Positions 1-9,998 are shown, counted from the first letter of the stretch. The stretch is 64,000 bases of DNA from an uncultured Peptococcaceae bacterium (GCA_965149945.1 CBCTTQ010000007.1:1645-65644), one strand, 5' to 3'. Translations and numbers: made by a program. The notes: generated from the letters alone by a model not told the origin.

Positions 1-1103
1 GGATTTTTATCCGGAATAGTATCCGCTACCAATGTTTCAAAACAGAAGGTACAAGAAATGCAACGATTGATTTCATCTTCTCGTCCTTCATAAGCTTTTT
101 TCATCCATTCGGGATCCGCCACAACAGCTCTGCCCAGACCGACAAAATCAACCAAATCGTCTTCCAGCATTTTTTCCGCGAACCAAGGTTCCTTAACCAT
201 ATTCACCGCGATAACCGGAATAGAGACCGCGTTTTTGACCGCGCGAATCAAATGAGTACGACAACCCTGCGGATAGGTAGTCGGTTCAGACAAAGAATTA
301 AAAGATTCATAAATTCCATTGGAAACATTCAGGTAAACCAATCCCATTTTTTCCAATTCTTGACAAATTTTTACACCGTCATCCAAACGGAGATATTCTT
401 TTACGCCATTAGGCTCCAGCAGTTCATCCACAGTCAGACGAATACCGATAGGATACTCTTTTCCGCAGGCTTCTTGAATACCTAAAATAATTTCTTTTAC
501 AAATTGCAATCTGCCTTCAAAAGATCCCCCGAAACGGTCGGTTCTCTGATTCGTATACGGACTCAGGAACTGAGAAATCAAGTAGCCGTGGGCGCCGTGC
601 AATTCCACACCGTCGCAGCCTGCTTTTTTGGCACGAACAGCCGCGTCAATAAATTTCTGAATGACAATTTCCACTTCTTCTGTAGTCATTTCATGGGTTT
701 CTTGTTGACAGACGCCGCAAGGTCTGGAGGAAGAAGACCAAAGAGGAACATTACCGTTGATATTCATAAATGTTTCTCGACCGGGATGGTGCAATTGCGC
801 AAACACTTTGACACCTTCACCATGCAAAGCGTCAATCGCTTTTGCGGCCGGTGCGATTTGTTCATCCCGCGCGAAACTTGCTTGTTTCGGGGCGGCAACA
901 CCGTGTTCATCATCCACTCTGGTGTTTTCTAAAACAATCATGCCAATGCCGCCTTTGGCGCGTTCCATCAAATAATCCAGGAAATCTTCGCCGATGCACT
1001 GGTTTTTGTCCGCAACACCCATTGCTAAAGCACACATTACACTTCTATTTTTAATAGTCATATCGCCGATTTTTCCGGGTGTAAACAATTTTGGATACTT
1101 CAT
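1..1103 (-). CDS. NADH:flavin oxidoreductase (old yellow enzyme / 2-enoate reductase family), 3' end truncated by window edge
   Basis: Own reverse-strand translation from ATG 1101-1103 gives MKYPKLFTPGKIGDMTIKNRSVMCALAMG...HGAHGYLISQFLSPYTNQRTDRFGGSFEGR...CISCTFC. This is a TIM-barrel OYE with a C-terminal Cys-cluster motif. RBS GAGGAGG lies upstream. It is not in the ORF track because no stop codon falls inside the window. Confidence 0.85.
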   Translation of the reverse strand, partial: MKYPKLFTPGKIGDMTIKNRSVMCALAMGVADKNQCIGEDFLDYLMERAKGGIGMIVLENTRVDDEHGVAAPKQASFARDEQIAPAAKAIDALHGEGVKVFAQLHHPGRETFMNINGNVPLWSSSSRPCGVCQQETHEMTTEEVEIVIQKFIDAAVRAKKAGCDGVELHGAHGYLISQFLSPYTNQRTDRFGGSFEGRLQFVKEIILGIQEACGKEYPIGIRLTVDELLEPNGVKEYLRLDDGVKICQELEKMGLVYLNVSNGIYESFNSLSEPTTYPQGCRTHLIRAVKNAVSIPVIAVNMVKEPWFAEKMLEDDLVDFVGLGRAVVADPEWMKKAYEGREDEINRCISCTFCFETLVADTIPDKN

Positions 1104-1371
1104 CGCAATTCCTCCTCTTCATTCTCTGTTCTTTTGCCTTTTCGTTACAATCGACCTAAGCAATAGAGCTCCTCTCTATGCTCTCATTATACATTCCGCT
1201 GGGCAGAATGTCAATTTCCAAAAAATTATAGCTCCTATAACATAATGCTATAAACAGCGAACAAATCACTATTCTCCCATTTATTCGTCCAATTTGACAG
1301 AGGAAAGCTACTCTCGTTTTCTGTTTTCTTATCGAATACAATTCTTCATTATAGATGCATAAATTGTATGA

Positions 1372-1401
1372 TTTTACATTTTTACATTTTTACATTTTTA
1401 C
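1372..1401. repeat. short tandem repeat (TTTTTACA)x4 in the OYE upstream region
   Basis: Direct reading: attttacatttttacatttttacatttttac. Confidence 0.8.
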
Positions 1402-1421
1402 TTCGTTCCATATCCCCTTCT

Positions 1422-1736
1422 TTACATATCCCACTGATTCTTTTTTAAATCCACACAACCATTCTTTTTTAAAACCACCCCTTCTGCCTGCAAAAGCTTT
1501 TTCTGCTCAGTCCAGCCGGGCGCCGGACGCCCTTGATGGTTTACCACCCGATGACAGGGATAATTTCCGTAACTTCCTGCTCTGCGCAGTACCTGCCCCA
1601 CCAGACGGGCATTCTTTTCCCTGCCAATTAACCGCGCGATTTGACCATAGGTAGCCACCTTGCCAAAGGGAATTTCCGCCACCACCGAAAGAACTTCATA
1701 GATCAGCGCTTCTGTTAAACAATATCCCATTCTCAT
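1422..1736 (-). CDS. methylated-DNA--protein-cysteine methyltransferase, short form with only the C-terminal DNA-binding/active-site domain
   Basis: 104 aa carrying the PCHRVV active-site motif plus the helix-turn-helix-like region. Confidence 0.75.
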   Translation of the reverse strand: MRMGYCLTEALIYEVLSVVAEIPFGKVATYGQIARLIGREKNARLVGQVLRRAGSYGNYPCHRVVNHQGRPAPGWTEQKKLLQAEGVVLKKNGCVDLKKNQWDM

Positions 1737-1792
1737 CCCTCTGCCTTTATTTTCTCATTTTTATTATGGTCTTTTTAAGTCGATCCTTTCTG

Positions 1793-2326
1793 TTACCATG
1801 CTCCTTTTAAAGGAATCAGCGCCGCAGGATCAAGACCTTCATTTTCCAACAAAAAGCGTTTTTGTTCCAAACCGCCCGCATACCCAGTCAATCGACCGTC
1901 GCTGCCGATCACTCGATGACAGGGAATGATAATAGAAATGGGATTTCTTCCCACCGCGCCGCCTACAGCACGGGGAGACACCGATAATCGTCCCGTTTTT
2001 TCTGCCATTTTTTGAGCAATACCGCCATAAGTCACCACTTTCCCATAAGGTATCTCGGATAAAACGCGCCAAACCGCGCGCTGAAAATCGGTACCCCGAG
2101 GCGCTAAAGGTAACAGTGTCGGATTAGGACGCGCTCCCGAAAAATACTGTTCCAGCCAAAACTCAGCCGCGCGGAAAACAGGCAAATCTTCCCGTTCAAC
2201 CGACGGATTTCGCAAAGTCGCGCCAAAGTATTTTTGCTCCGGCAGCCACAAACCAATCAAATGATCGCCATCACTTGCCAAGGTAAGCTTTCCCAACGGC
2301 GATCGATAACCAGTCACAAAGTCCAT
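1793..2326 (-). CDS. ogt: methylated-DNA--protein-cysteine methyltransferase (Ogt/MGMT), full length
   Basis: 177 aa with an N-terminal domain and the IPCHRVIGSDG...GGLEQKRFLLENEG motif. Confidence 0.85.
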   Translation of the reverse strand: MDFVTGYRSPLGKLTLASDGDHLIGLWLPEQKYFGATLRNPSVEREDLPVFRAAEFWLEQYFSGARPNPTLLPLAPRGTDFQRAVWRVLSEIPYGKVVTYGGIAQKMAEKTGRLSVSPRAVGGAVGRNPISIIIPCHRVIGSDGRLTGYAGGLEQKRFLLENEGLDPAALIPLKGAW

Positions 2327-2404
2327 ACCTTTCCCTCCCTTAGATTTCCTTTATTTATTATATCATTTTTTACGGTTTACCGCACAGAAATTTTTCTCTT
2401 GGCG

Positions 2405-2437
2405 AAAAAACAGGCGGCAACCGCCGCCTGTTTTTTT
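2405..2437 (-). terminator. rho-independent terminator downstream of the rib operon (bidirectional hairpin)
   Basis: caggcggc-aa-ccgccgcctg stem flanked by an A-run and a T-run. Confidence 0.7.
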
Positions 2438-2489
2438 CTGATCTTTACTCTTTTATCCAACTTTTTCTTTTTCCTTCAGATTTCCGTTT

Positions 2490-2957
2490 TTATTCATCCA
2501 TGTTCCGCAACAAATTTACCATTTCAATAGCGCCTAAAGCGCAATCATAACCCTTATTACCCGCCTTGGTACCGGCTCGTTCAATAGCCTGTTCAATATT
2601 TTCCGTGGTCAAAACCCCAAAGAGAACAGGGATCCCGCTGTTTAAAGAAATTGCCGCAATTCCTTTGGTTACTTCGTTGCATACATATTCGTAATGGCTG
2701 GTATTGCCGCGAATAACCGCCCCCAGACAAATCACCGCGTCATAGTTTTCGCTTGCGGCCATTTTCGAAGCGACCAAAGGAATTTCGAAAGCGCCGGGCA
2801 CCCAAGCTATTGTAATATTCTCTTCTTGCACATTATGGCGGGACAAACCATCTAATGCGCCGCTTAACAATTTCGCCGTAATAAATTCATTAAACCGAGC
2901 GGCAACGATACCGATCCGCATTTTTTCCGCGACCAAACTTCCCTCATAAACTTTCAT
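2490..2957 (-). CDS. ribH: 6,7-dimethyl-8-ribityllumazine synthase
   Basis: [27 protein letters not shown]...; start moved to the internal Met that matches RibH N-termini. Confidence 0.9.
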   Translation of the reverse strand: MKVYEGSLVAEKMRIGIVAARFNEFITAKLLSGALDGLSRHNVQEENITIAWVPGAFEIPLVASKMAASENYDAVICLGAVIRGNTSHYEYVCNEVTKGIAAISLNSGIPVLFGVLTTENIEQAIERAGTKAGNKGYDCALGAIEMVNLLRNMDE

Positions 2958-3021
2958 CAGAACAATCTCCTTTCTTTTACCATCCACAGGACAACGCCCA
3001 TCTAATAAAATGTTCAATCCT

Positions 3022-4227
3022 CTATTCTTCTACATCTAAATAATGCCCCATTCGTTTCTGCTTTGTCCGCAGATAATGCCGGTCATACTCAGTAGCCGCA
3101 ATTTGAATCGGTACACGCTCCAAAATTTCCAAACCGAATTCCACCAACTGATAAACCTTATCGGGATTATTAGTAAGCAGCCGCATACTTTTCACTCCCA
3201 AATCCCGCAAAATCTGAGCGCCGATATAATACTCTCGTTGATCGCCGGCAAACCCCAGCGCCAAATTGGCTTCCAAAGTATCCAACCCCTGCTCTTGCAA
3301 TTCATAAGCGCGTAATTTATTGATCAAACCGATGCCGCGTCCTTCCTGCCGCATATACAAAAAAACACCGCGCTGCTCTTTTTCAATTTCCGATAAAGCC
3401 ACTGCCAACTGCTGACCGCAGTCACAACGCAAAGAACCGAAAGCATCCCCCGTCAAACATTCCGAATGTACGCGGCAAAGAATGTTTTCGCCGTCTCCAA
3501 TATCCCCCTTCACCAATGCCACGTGGTGTTCTCCGTTCAAACGATTTACATAACCGTAGGCGACAAAATCGCCATACTTAGTAGGCATTTTAGTCACTGT
3601 TACCCGATCTACCAGTTTTTCGTGGCATTTACGATATTCTTGCAGATCCTTGATGGTAATTAATTTTAATCCCCAGCGCCTGCTCATCTCCGACAACTCC
3701 GTTGTGCGCATCATGGTTCCGTCAGCTCGCATCACCTCACAACAAAGACCGCAAGGCTTTAGCCCCGCTAAACGACAGAGATCCACAGTCGCCTCTGTAT
3801 GACCGGCACGTTCCAAAACACCGTTCCGTTTAGCCAATAGGGGAAACATATGACCGGGGCGGCGAAAATCTTCTGCTTGAGCATTCGGATCTACACATTT
3901 TTGGGCTGTTACCGAGCGTTCTTCGGCGGAAATCCCCGTGCTTGTCGAAACATGATCAATGGAAACAGCAAAGGCTGTCTCATGGTTATCCGTATTTCGT
4001 TGTACCATTTGAGGCAATCGCAGTTTTTGTATATACTCCTCTGACATGGGCATACAGATTAATCCCTTGCCGTAAGTCGCCATAAAATTCACATTCTCCG
4101 TGGTGGCAAATTCTGCCGCGCAAATAAGATCTCCTTCGTTTTCCCGTTGCGGATCATCGGTCACTAAAATCATTTTTCCTTGTCTCAAATCTGCCAAAGC
4201 TTCTTCAATAGATGCGAATTGTGCCAT
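3022..4227 (-). CDS. ribBA: bifunctional 3,4-dihydroxy-2-butanone-4-phosphate synthase / GTP cyclohydrolase II
   Basis: 401 aa; a DHBP synthase N-terminal half and a GTP cyclohydrolase II half (CDCGQQL...RQEGRGIGL). Confidence 0.92.
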   Translation of the reverse strand: MAQFASIEEALADLRQGKMILVTDDPQRENEGDLICAAEFATTENVNFMATYGKGLICMPMSEEYIQKLRLPQMVQRNTDNHETAFAVSIDHVSTSTGISAEERSVTAQKCVDPNAQAEDFRRPGHMFPLLAKRNGVLERAGHTEATVDLCRLAGLKPCGLCCEVMRADGTMMRTTELSEMSRRWGLKLITIKDLQEYRKCHEKLVDRVTVTKMPTKYGDFVAYGYVNRLNGEHHVALVKGDIGDGENILCRVHSECLTGDAFGSLRCDCGQQLAVALSEIEKEQRGVFLYMRQEGRGIGLINKLRAYELQEQGLDTLEANLALGFAGDQREYYIGAQILRDLGVKSMRLLTNNPDKVYQLVEFGLEILERVPIQIAATEYDRHYLRTKQKRMGHYLDVEE

Positions 4228-4239
4228 TTTATTTCCTCC

Positions 4240-4887
4240 TTAAAATCCGTGCTGAAGCAAAAAATCCCTGCTGATCCCTTGCTTTTTCTGTTTATCGATT
4301 GGGGAACGCAACAATTTTTCCACGTATTTCCCGATAATATCCGTTTCCAAATTGACCAAATCCCCCTGTCGGCGGTCACCCAAAATCGTAGCCGCTACCG
4401 TATGAGGAATAGCGGAAACAGAAAATCGATCACTTTCCACCTTTGCTACAGTCAAACTGATTCCGTCTAAAGTAACAGAGCCCTTCTCTACCACATAGCG
4501 TAGAATTTCCGCTGTTGTCTGTATTATATACCAAATTGCATTGTCATCTCGTTGAATTTTTATAATCTCACCGATCCCGTCAATATGACCGGAAACAATG
4601 TGACCGCCAAACCGTCCGTCGACCGGCAAGGCTCGCTCCAAATTCACACGACTGCCAACATTGAGTCGCGCCAACGCGGTGCGAGACAATGTTTCATGCA
4701 TCACATCCACAGAAAATGATTGTGAAAAAATTTTTGTCACCGTTAGGCAAATCCCATTTACAGCAATGCTGTCCCCGATTTGAGTTCCCTCTAAAACTTT
4801 CCGCGCGGCAATGATTAACTCACCGGAATGAACACCGTAATTAACTTGGCGAATAGCGCCGATTTCCTCAACAATCCCCGTAAACAT
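4240..4887 (-). CDS. ribE: riboflavin synthase alpha subunit
   Basis: MFTGIVEEIGAI... with the two lumazine-binding repeats; the internal Met was chosen as start. Confidence 0.9.
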   Translation of the reverse strand: MFTGIVEEIGAIRQVNYGVHSGELIIAARKVLEGTQIGDSIAVNGICLTVTKIFSQSFSVDVMHETLSRTALARLNVGSRVNLERALPVDGRFGGHIVSGHIDGIGEIIKIQRDDNAIWYIIQTTAEILRYVVEKGSVTLDGISLTVAKVESDRFSVSAIPHTVAATILGDRRQGDLVNLETDIIGKYVEKLLRSPIDKQKKQGISRDFLLQHGF

Positions 4888-5974
4888 TGGCCGCCACCTC
4901 ACTTTCTATCAACCAATCTTGCCCTAAATGCAAAATACGACTGCTTTCCAACAAAATTCCGTGATCAGGATCGGGGAATCCCGCTCCCTCCACGGGACTT
5001 TTAGCAGTTTTTCCGCCGAGGAGTAACGGCGCGAGATAAGTCTGCACCCGCTGTACAACACCTGCTTGCAAAGCGGACCAGGCCAAGGTTCCCCCGCCTT
5101 CCAACAAAACACTGTCAATTTTCTCTTCTCCCAAGCAACGCAGAAGCGCTTTCAAATCCACCTGTCCGGAAACTTCCGGCACTGTCAGCACATGACAACC
5201 CGCCGCTTCATAAAGAGCAATACGTTCTCGATCTTGGCGGCAAGTCGCCAATAAAGTAGGAACAGTCTTTGCGGTTTGAATTATCCGCGCTGTCAGCGGC
5301 GTTCGCAAATGAGAATCACAAATCACCCGCAAAGGGTTTTTGCATTCCGGCAATCGACAGGTCAGCAGAGGATCGTCCGCCAATACCGTTCCCACCCCTA
5401 TCATAACGGCGCTGTGCACATGACGCTGATAATGAGCGTGTTCTCGCGCTTCTTTACCGGTGATCCAACGAGACTTTCCGGTATAAGCCGCGATTTTACC
5501 ATCTAAAGTCATGGCATATTTTAAAGTCACAAAAGGTATTCCGCTTTGAATATAATGAAAAAAGATTTGATTCAACCGCATACATTCTTTTCCCAAAACA
5601 CCTTCTGTCACTTCTACCCCGTGTTCCCGTAAAATCCCATTACCCTTGCCACTGACCAAAGGATTGGGATCCCCGGCGCCTACTACCACTCTTGTAATAC
5701 CGGCATCAAGCACCGCGTTCACACAGGGCGGCTGCTTACCGTAATGGCAACAAGGCTCTAGTGTAACATACAAGGTAGCGCCTCGGGGAGACTCTGTGCA
5801 AGAAGCCAGCGCGTTTCGTTCAGCATGGGGTCCCCCGTACCGTTCATGCCAGCCCTGACCGATGATTCTCCCGTCTTTAACAATGACAGCGCCGACCATC
5901 GGATTAGGAGCAGTCCAACCACGACCTTTTGACGCCAACCGCAAGGCAATTTTCATATAATCCTGATCCCGCAA
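4868..5974 (-). CDS. ribD: bifunctional diaminohydroxyphosphoribosylaminopyrimidine deaminase / 5-amino-6-(5-phosphoribosylamino)uracil reductase
   Basis: CMP/dCMP deaminase zinc motif (HAE...PCxxC) plus a reductase domain. The track Met is actually TTG preceded only by a T-run. The GGAGGTG RBS sits 6 nt before the in-frame TTG at 5972-5974, giving M-RDQDYMKIAL; ATG at 5954-5956 is the alternative start. Confidence 0.85.
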   Translation of the reverse strand: MRDQDYMKIALRLASKGRGWTAPNPMVGAVIVKDGRIIGQGWHERYGGPHAERNALASCTESPRGATLYVTLEPCCHYGKQPPCVNAVLDAGITRVVVGAGDPNPLVSGKGNGILREHGVEVTEGVLGKECMRLNQIFFHYIQSGIPFVTLKYAMTLDGKIAAYTGKSRWITGKEAREHAHYQRHVHSAVMIGVGTVLADDPLLTCRLPECKNPLRVICDSHLRTPLTARIIQTAKTVPTLLATCRQDRERIALYEAAGCHVLTVPEVSGQVDLKALLRCLGEEKIDSVLLEGGGTLAWSALQAGVVQRVQTYLAPLLLGGKTAKSPVEGAGFPDPDHGILLESSRILHLGQDWLIESEVAANVYGDC

Positions 5975-6142
5975 AATATTCACCTCCAAAAAAAACAGCC
6001 CTGAACAATTGGTTCAGGGCTGTGGAAACTTTGCAATGCTTTTTGCAATTTTTCATCGTATTGAAAACAAAAAAACTCCGGAATACCATGTATCCCAGAG
6101 CAATTTTTCATCAAAGATTTCCTTTTTTCTTGCAATAAAAAT

Positions 6143-6247
6143 CTTCTTCCATCCAGACTGTACTGTCGGCTTCGGAATTGCACCGAATCATGCCTCGCGG
6201 CTCGTGGGCTCTACCACCGGTAAGGACTTTCACCTTGCCCTGAAGAT
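6143..6247 (-). ncRNA. FMN riboswitch (RFN element) in the rib operon leader, followed by a terminator hairpin before ribD
   Basis: The minus strand reads GGGCAAGGUGAAAGUCC...ACCGGUGGUAGAGCCCACGAGCCGCGAGG...GGUGCAAUUCCGAAGCCGACAGUACAGUCUGGAUGGAAGAAG, which matches conserved RFN boxes. A terminator (cagccctgaacc...ttcagggctg plus a T-run) lies between the aptamer and the ribD RBS. Confidence 0.85.
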
Positions 6248-6353
6248 TTGTTATGAAACTTTCACTATATAAATAATAGAACTTCTTTTTTCCTTTGTCA
6301 AGGAGAAAAAATTTTCAGAAAATTATTTGCTTCCATCTTTCCCACCAAACCAC

Positions 6354-7334
6354 TCAGGCATTTTTATATTTATCGGGAAAAATCACATCTCCATAAATAA
6401 CAGTTTTTTCTTCACCTTCTGCCGTTTCGATGATCAAATACCCTTCTTCGTTCATAGATTTAGCAACACCCCGCGTTTCCTCTGTCACCGTCTTTACTTG
6501 CACACGCTGCCCAATGGTAATATTAGACCGCAGCCATTGCTCCCGAATCGGCAAAAATCCCTTTTGGTATAACGTTTCATAAGCATCTTCCAAAGCATTT
6601 AACAACTCTGCCGCTACTTGATTTCTGGAGGGGCATTTTTTTTGGTGTTTTCTCGCCTCTAAATACAAAGAGGTCGCCGTATCGCTTAATTCTCCGGGGA
6701 ATTCCTCATTTTTTACATTGATACCAATTCCTACGATTACATGGTTGATTTTATCCATATCAGCATCCATTTCCGTCAGGATTCCGCAAACTTTTCTGCC
6801 GTCCAGGAAAATATCATTGGGCCATTTGATTCCCGGCTGAAAACCCAAAGTTGTCAAAGCATTAGCAATTCCCACCGCTGTGGCTAAGGTCAGTTGCGGC
6901 GCCACCGCCGGAGCCAACCGCGGCCGCAATAATACAGAAAACCAAATACCCTGACCGGCAGGACTGCTCCAAGGACGCCCCAAACGTCCTCTCCCGCTTC
7001 GTTGCTGATCCGCAAAAATCACAAATCCATTAGGTTCCCCGCGTTCACCGGCAGCTCGTCCTTCTGTAATGGTACTGTCCGTCACTGCAAAATACTCCTG
7101 TTTTCTGCCCAACCATTTTGTTCGCAGATAAGGTGCAATTTCTCCTCGATGCAAACCGGAAACAATCAGTCGATAACCTTTTCTGGTCACCGCTTCGATT
7201 TGACAGCCTTCTTCCCGCAAAGCTTTGACATGTTTCCAAACTGCCGCGCGAGAGATGCCTAAACGTCGACTCATTTCTTCACCAGACAAAAAACCCTCAG
7301 CTTCCGTTAACATCAAAAAAATTTTTTCGCGCAT
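6354..7334 (-). CDS. birA: bifunctional biotin--[acetyl-CoA-carboxylase] ligase and biotin operon repressor
   Basis: 326 aa with an N-terminal HTH (GEEMSRRLGISRAAVWKHVKALREEG), a BPL catalytic domain (GRGRLGRPW) and a C-terminal domain. Confidence 0.9.
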   Translation of the reverse strand: MREKIFLMLTEAEGFLSGEEMSRRLGISRAAVWKHVKALREEGCQIEAVTRKGYRLIVSGLHRGEIAPYLRTKWLGRKQEYFAVTDSTITEGRAAGERGEPNGFVIFADQQRSGRGRLGRPWSSPAGQGIWFSVLLRPRLAPAVAPQLTLATAVGIANALTTLGFQPGIKWPNDIFLDGRKVCGILTEMDADMDKINHVIVGIGINVKNEEFPGELSDTATSLYLEARKHQKKCPSRNQVAAELLNALEDAYETLYQKGFLPIREQWLRSNITIGQRVQVKTVTEETRGVAKSMNEEGYLIIETAEGEEKTVIYGDVIFPDKYKNA

Positions 7335-7568
7335 TTTTCTGCCTCCAATGGTTGCCTTGCCGAAATTGAAACCGGCGTCAAAAGTTTTTCTTCCTATTGA
7401 TTATTATATCACAAATCCTCCTTTTTTCAAATCAGAAACAACCTAATTCCTTCAGATCTTTCAACAAGAAAAACAGCGCCGCCGCAGTTATCCTTCCGCG
7501 GCAGCGCTGTCGGGACAGTTTCGGAAACGTATCCACTTAGAATTTATTCCAAATTTTTTGCTTGAGTG

Positions 7569-8147
7569 CTATTCCTGCGCATCCCCGCAATGAAAAAAAG
7601 GGAATCCGTTGCCATTCCCACAGCTGTTTCCGCAGGTACAGGTGCAGGTGCAATTGCAATTTTGGTGAATCTGATTGGCTTTGCAGGCACATTCCTGGGC
7701 ATATTGGTACAAGGCGGCAATTCTTTGCGCGTGGGTTCGTTCTTCGCCGATAATAGAACAAATAATCTCCCGATGACGCATATCGCAGAGATAATAGGCC
7801 AGATTTTCATAATTGCTGACCGCTTGCATTTCGTCACAGATAGCCGCTTTCATAGCACGGCAAAAACCTCTGGGACGTTTGACACTGACATCACTGACGC
7901 AATAACACTCACAGGTCAAATCACGATAAATTTCTTGTAACAAACGATAGTGCTTTTTCTCATCGTTACGGATTTCTCTAAACATCTCTTTGTCTGATTC
8001 GCACTGACTCTTATCCATCATGTAACGATAAAATTTTGCCGCTTTCTTTTCTTCTTTCATGGCAGATTTGATCATTTCCAACACATCCACATTGGAATCG
8101 CATTCGCAATCGTAATAAAATGGACGGTTTTTTGAGCTTCTGGACAT
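7569..8147 (-). CDS. ferritin-like diiron four-helix-bundle protein with Cys-rich termini
   Basis: Start moved to MSRSSKN, which has a GGAGG RBS. E...ExxH motifs occur twice (DEKKH, EERTH). The C-terminus reads CACKANQIHQNCNCTCTCTCGNSCGNGNG. Confidence 0.6.
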   Translation of the reverse strand: MSRSSKNRPFYYDCECDSNVDVLEMIKSAMKEEKKAAKFYRYMMDKSQCESDKEMFREIRNDEKKHYRLLQEIYRDLTCECYCVSDVSVKRPRGFCRAMKAAICDEMQAVSNYENLAYYLCDMRHREIICSIIGEERTHAQRIAALYQYAQECACKANQIHQNCNCTCTCTCGNSCGNGNGFPFFHCGDAQE

Positions 8148-8258
8148 ATCGATAACCTCCTGTTTCTCTCTCGGAGCATTCATTATATAGTATAATCTAT
8201 TAGGAAGGGCTTCTTTTGGTGCTTGTCCAAAAAAAATCCGCGAATTTCCTTCGCTTTC

Positions 8259-8288
8259 TTGAATTGTCATTGGTTATTTGATATAATT
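8259..8288 (+). promoter_or_regulatory. sigma-A type promoter for the UPF0371 gene
   Basis: TTGAAT, 18-nt spacer, TATAAT, about 80 nt upstream of ATG 8371. Confidence 0.6.
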
Positions 8289-8370
8289 TTTAATGTATAA
8301 ATTAAATTTTTTCATATAGAATCATCACAATTTTTATTTTGTGAATTGGGGTTAGAGGAGTGACAAACAA

Positions 8371-9855
8371 ATGAAAACCGTTGGTTTTGATAACGACAAA
8401 TACCTGCAAATGCAATCAGAACGTATCAAATATCGCATCAGTCAATTCGGCGGAAAATTATACCTGGAATTCGGAGGAAAACTGTTTGACGACTACCACG
8501 CGTCTCGTGTTTTGCCCGGATTCAAACCGGACAGCAAAATCAATATGCTGTTACAACTAAAAGATCAAGCGGAAATCATCATTGCCATCAATGCAAATGA
8601 TATCGAAAAAAACAAAATCCGCGACGATTTGGGCATTACCTATGACCTGGATGTGTTGCGTTTGATTGACGCCTTTCGCGGTAAAGGGCTTTATGTAGGC
8701 AGCGTAGTCATGACCCAATACAAAGGACAACCCTCAGCGGAAGCTTTTCAAAAACGTTTGGAAGCATTGGGAATCAAAGTCTACCGCCACTATGAGATAG
8801 AAGGCTATCCTGCCAATATTCCCCTGATTGTCAGCGACGAAGGCTATGGTAAAAACGACTATATCCAAACAGAACGTTCCCTGGTTGTAGTAACAGCCCC
8901 CGGTCCCGGCAGCGGTAAAATGGCTACCTGCCTTTCCCAACTGTTCCATGACCATAAACGAGGCATTAATGCCGGTTACGCTAAGTTTGAAACTTTTCCC
9001 ATCTGGAATCTGCCCTTGCGTCATCCTGTCAATATCGCCTATGAAGCCGCAACAGCTGATTTAAATGACGTAAACATGATCGACCCCTTTCATCTGGAAG
9101 CCTACGGAGAAACCGCTATTAACTACAATCGAGATGTGGAAATCTTCCCCGTGCTCAACGCCATCTTTGAAAATATCTACGGAGCCTCTCCTTATAAAAG
9201 CCCTACGGATATGGGAGTCAACATGGCAGGGAACTGCATCATCAACGACGCGGTAGTTAAAGAAGCCGCCAACAATGAAATTATTCGTCGCTACTACAAA
9301 GCCACTGGTGAATACAAACAAGGACTTTGCGACAAAGAGGTTGTCTACAAAACAGAATTGCTGATGAAGCAGGCCGGATTGACCATTGAAAACCGCCCCG
9401 TCGTCAAACCAGCGTTACAAAAAGCGGAAGAAACGGGAGAACCCGCCGCCGCTATGGAAATGAACGACGGTACCATCATCACCGGCAAAACCTCTGATTT
9501 ATTCGGACCTTGCGCCGCTCTGTTGATCAATGCACTGAAGTACTGCGGCAAAATTCAAGATGAAATCCATCTGATTTCTCCCATCATCATCGAACCCATT
9601 CAAAATTTGAAACTAAATCATCTGGGCGCCAAAAATCCCAGACTCCACACCGACGAATTGTTATTAGCATTGTCCATTTGCGCCGCTACCAATCCAACGG
9701 CGGCTCTAGCGCTTCAGCAATTATCCAAACTGGAAGGCTGCGAAGCACACTCTTCTGTGATGCTCTCCCATGTAGATGAAAAACTCTTCCGCCGGTTAGG
9801 CATTAATTTAACCTGTGAACCACAATATGAAACCAAAAACTTGTATCATAAATAA
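8371..9855 (+). CDS. UPF0371/DUF1846 family protein of unknown function
   Basis: 494 aa, with length and sequence style typical of the Firmicute UPF0371 family; a strong promoter and a terminator flank it. Confidence 0.7.
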   Translation: MKTVGFDNDKYLQMQSERIKYRISQFGGKLYLEFGGKLFDDYHASRVLPGFKPDSKINMLLQLKDQAEIIIAINANDIEKNKIRDDLGITYDLDVLRLIDAFRGKGLYVGSVVMTQYKGQPSAEAFQKRLEALGIKVYRHYEIEGYPANIPLIVSDEGYGKNDYIQTERSLVVVTAPGPGSGKMATCLSQLFHDHKRGINAGYAKFETFPIWNLPLRHPVNIAYEAATADLNDVNMIDPFHLEAYGETAINYNRDVEIFPVLNAIFENIYGASPYKSPTDMGVNMAGNCIINDAVVKEAANNEIIRRYYKATGEYKQGLCDKEVVYKTELLMKQAGLTIENRPVVKPALQKAEETGEPAAAMEMNDGTIITGKTSDLFGPCAALLINALKYCGKIQDEIHLISPIIIEPIQNLKLNHLGAKNPRLHTDELLLALSICAATNPTAALALQQLSKLEGCEAHSSVMLSHVDEKLFRRLGINLTCEPQYETKNLYHK

Positions 9856-9860
9856 AAGAA

Positions 9861-9894
9861 AGCAGACGGCACACCAAGGTGCTGTCTGCTTTTC
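9861..9894 (+). terminator. rho-independent terminator after the UPF0371 gene
   Basis: agcagacggcac...gtgctgtctgct stem followed by TTTT. Confidence 0.7.
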
Positions 9895-9998
9895 AGAAAA
9901 ACGCTAAAAACAATGAACGTTTACAAAATAAGTCTCCCCGGTTCCTTCAGAAACAAATTTTAAAAATGAAAGTTTTTGAAAATTTTATAAAGGAACCA

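Noticed and set aside
7335-7460. Search for a palindromic BirA operator (bioO) upstream of birA
   Set aside because: Only imperfect half-sites (TTGAAACCGGCG...) were found; there is no convincing inverted repeat, so no operator was called.
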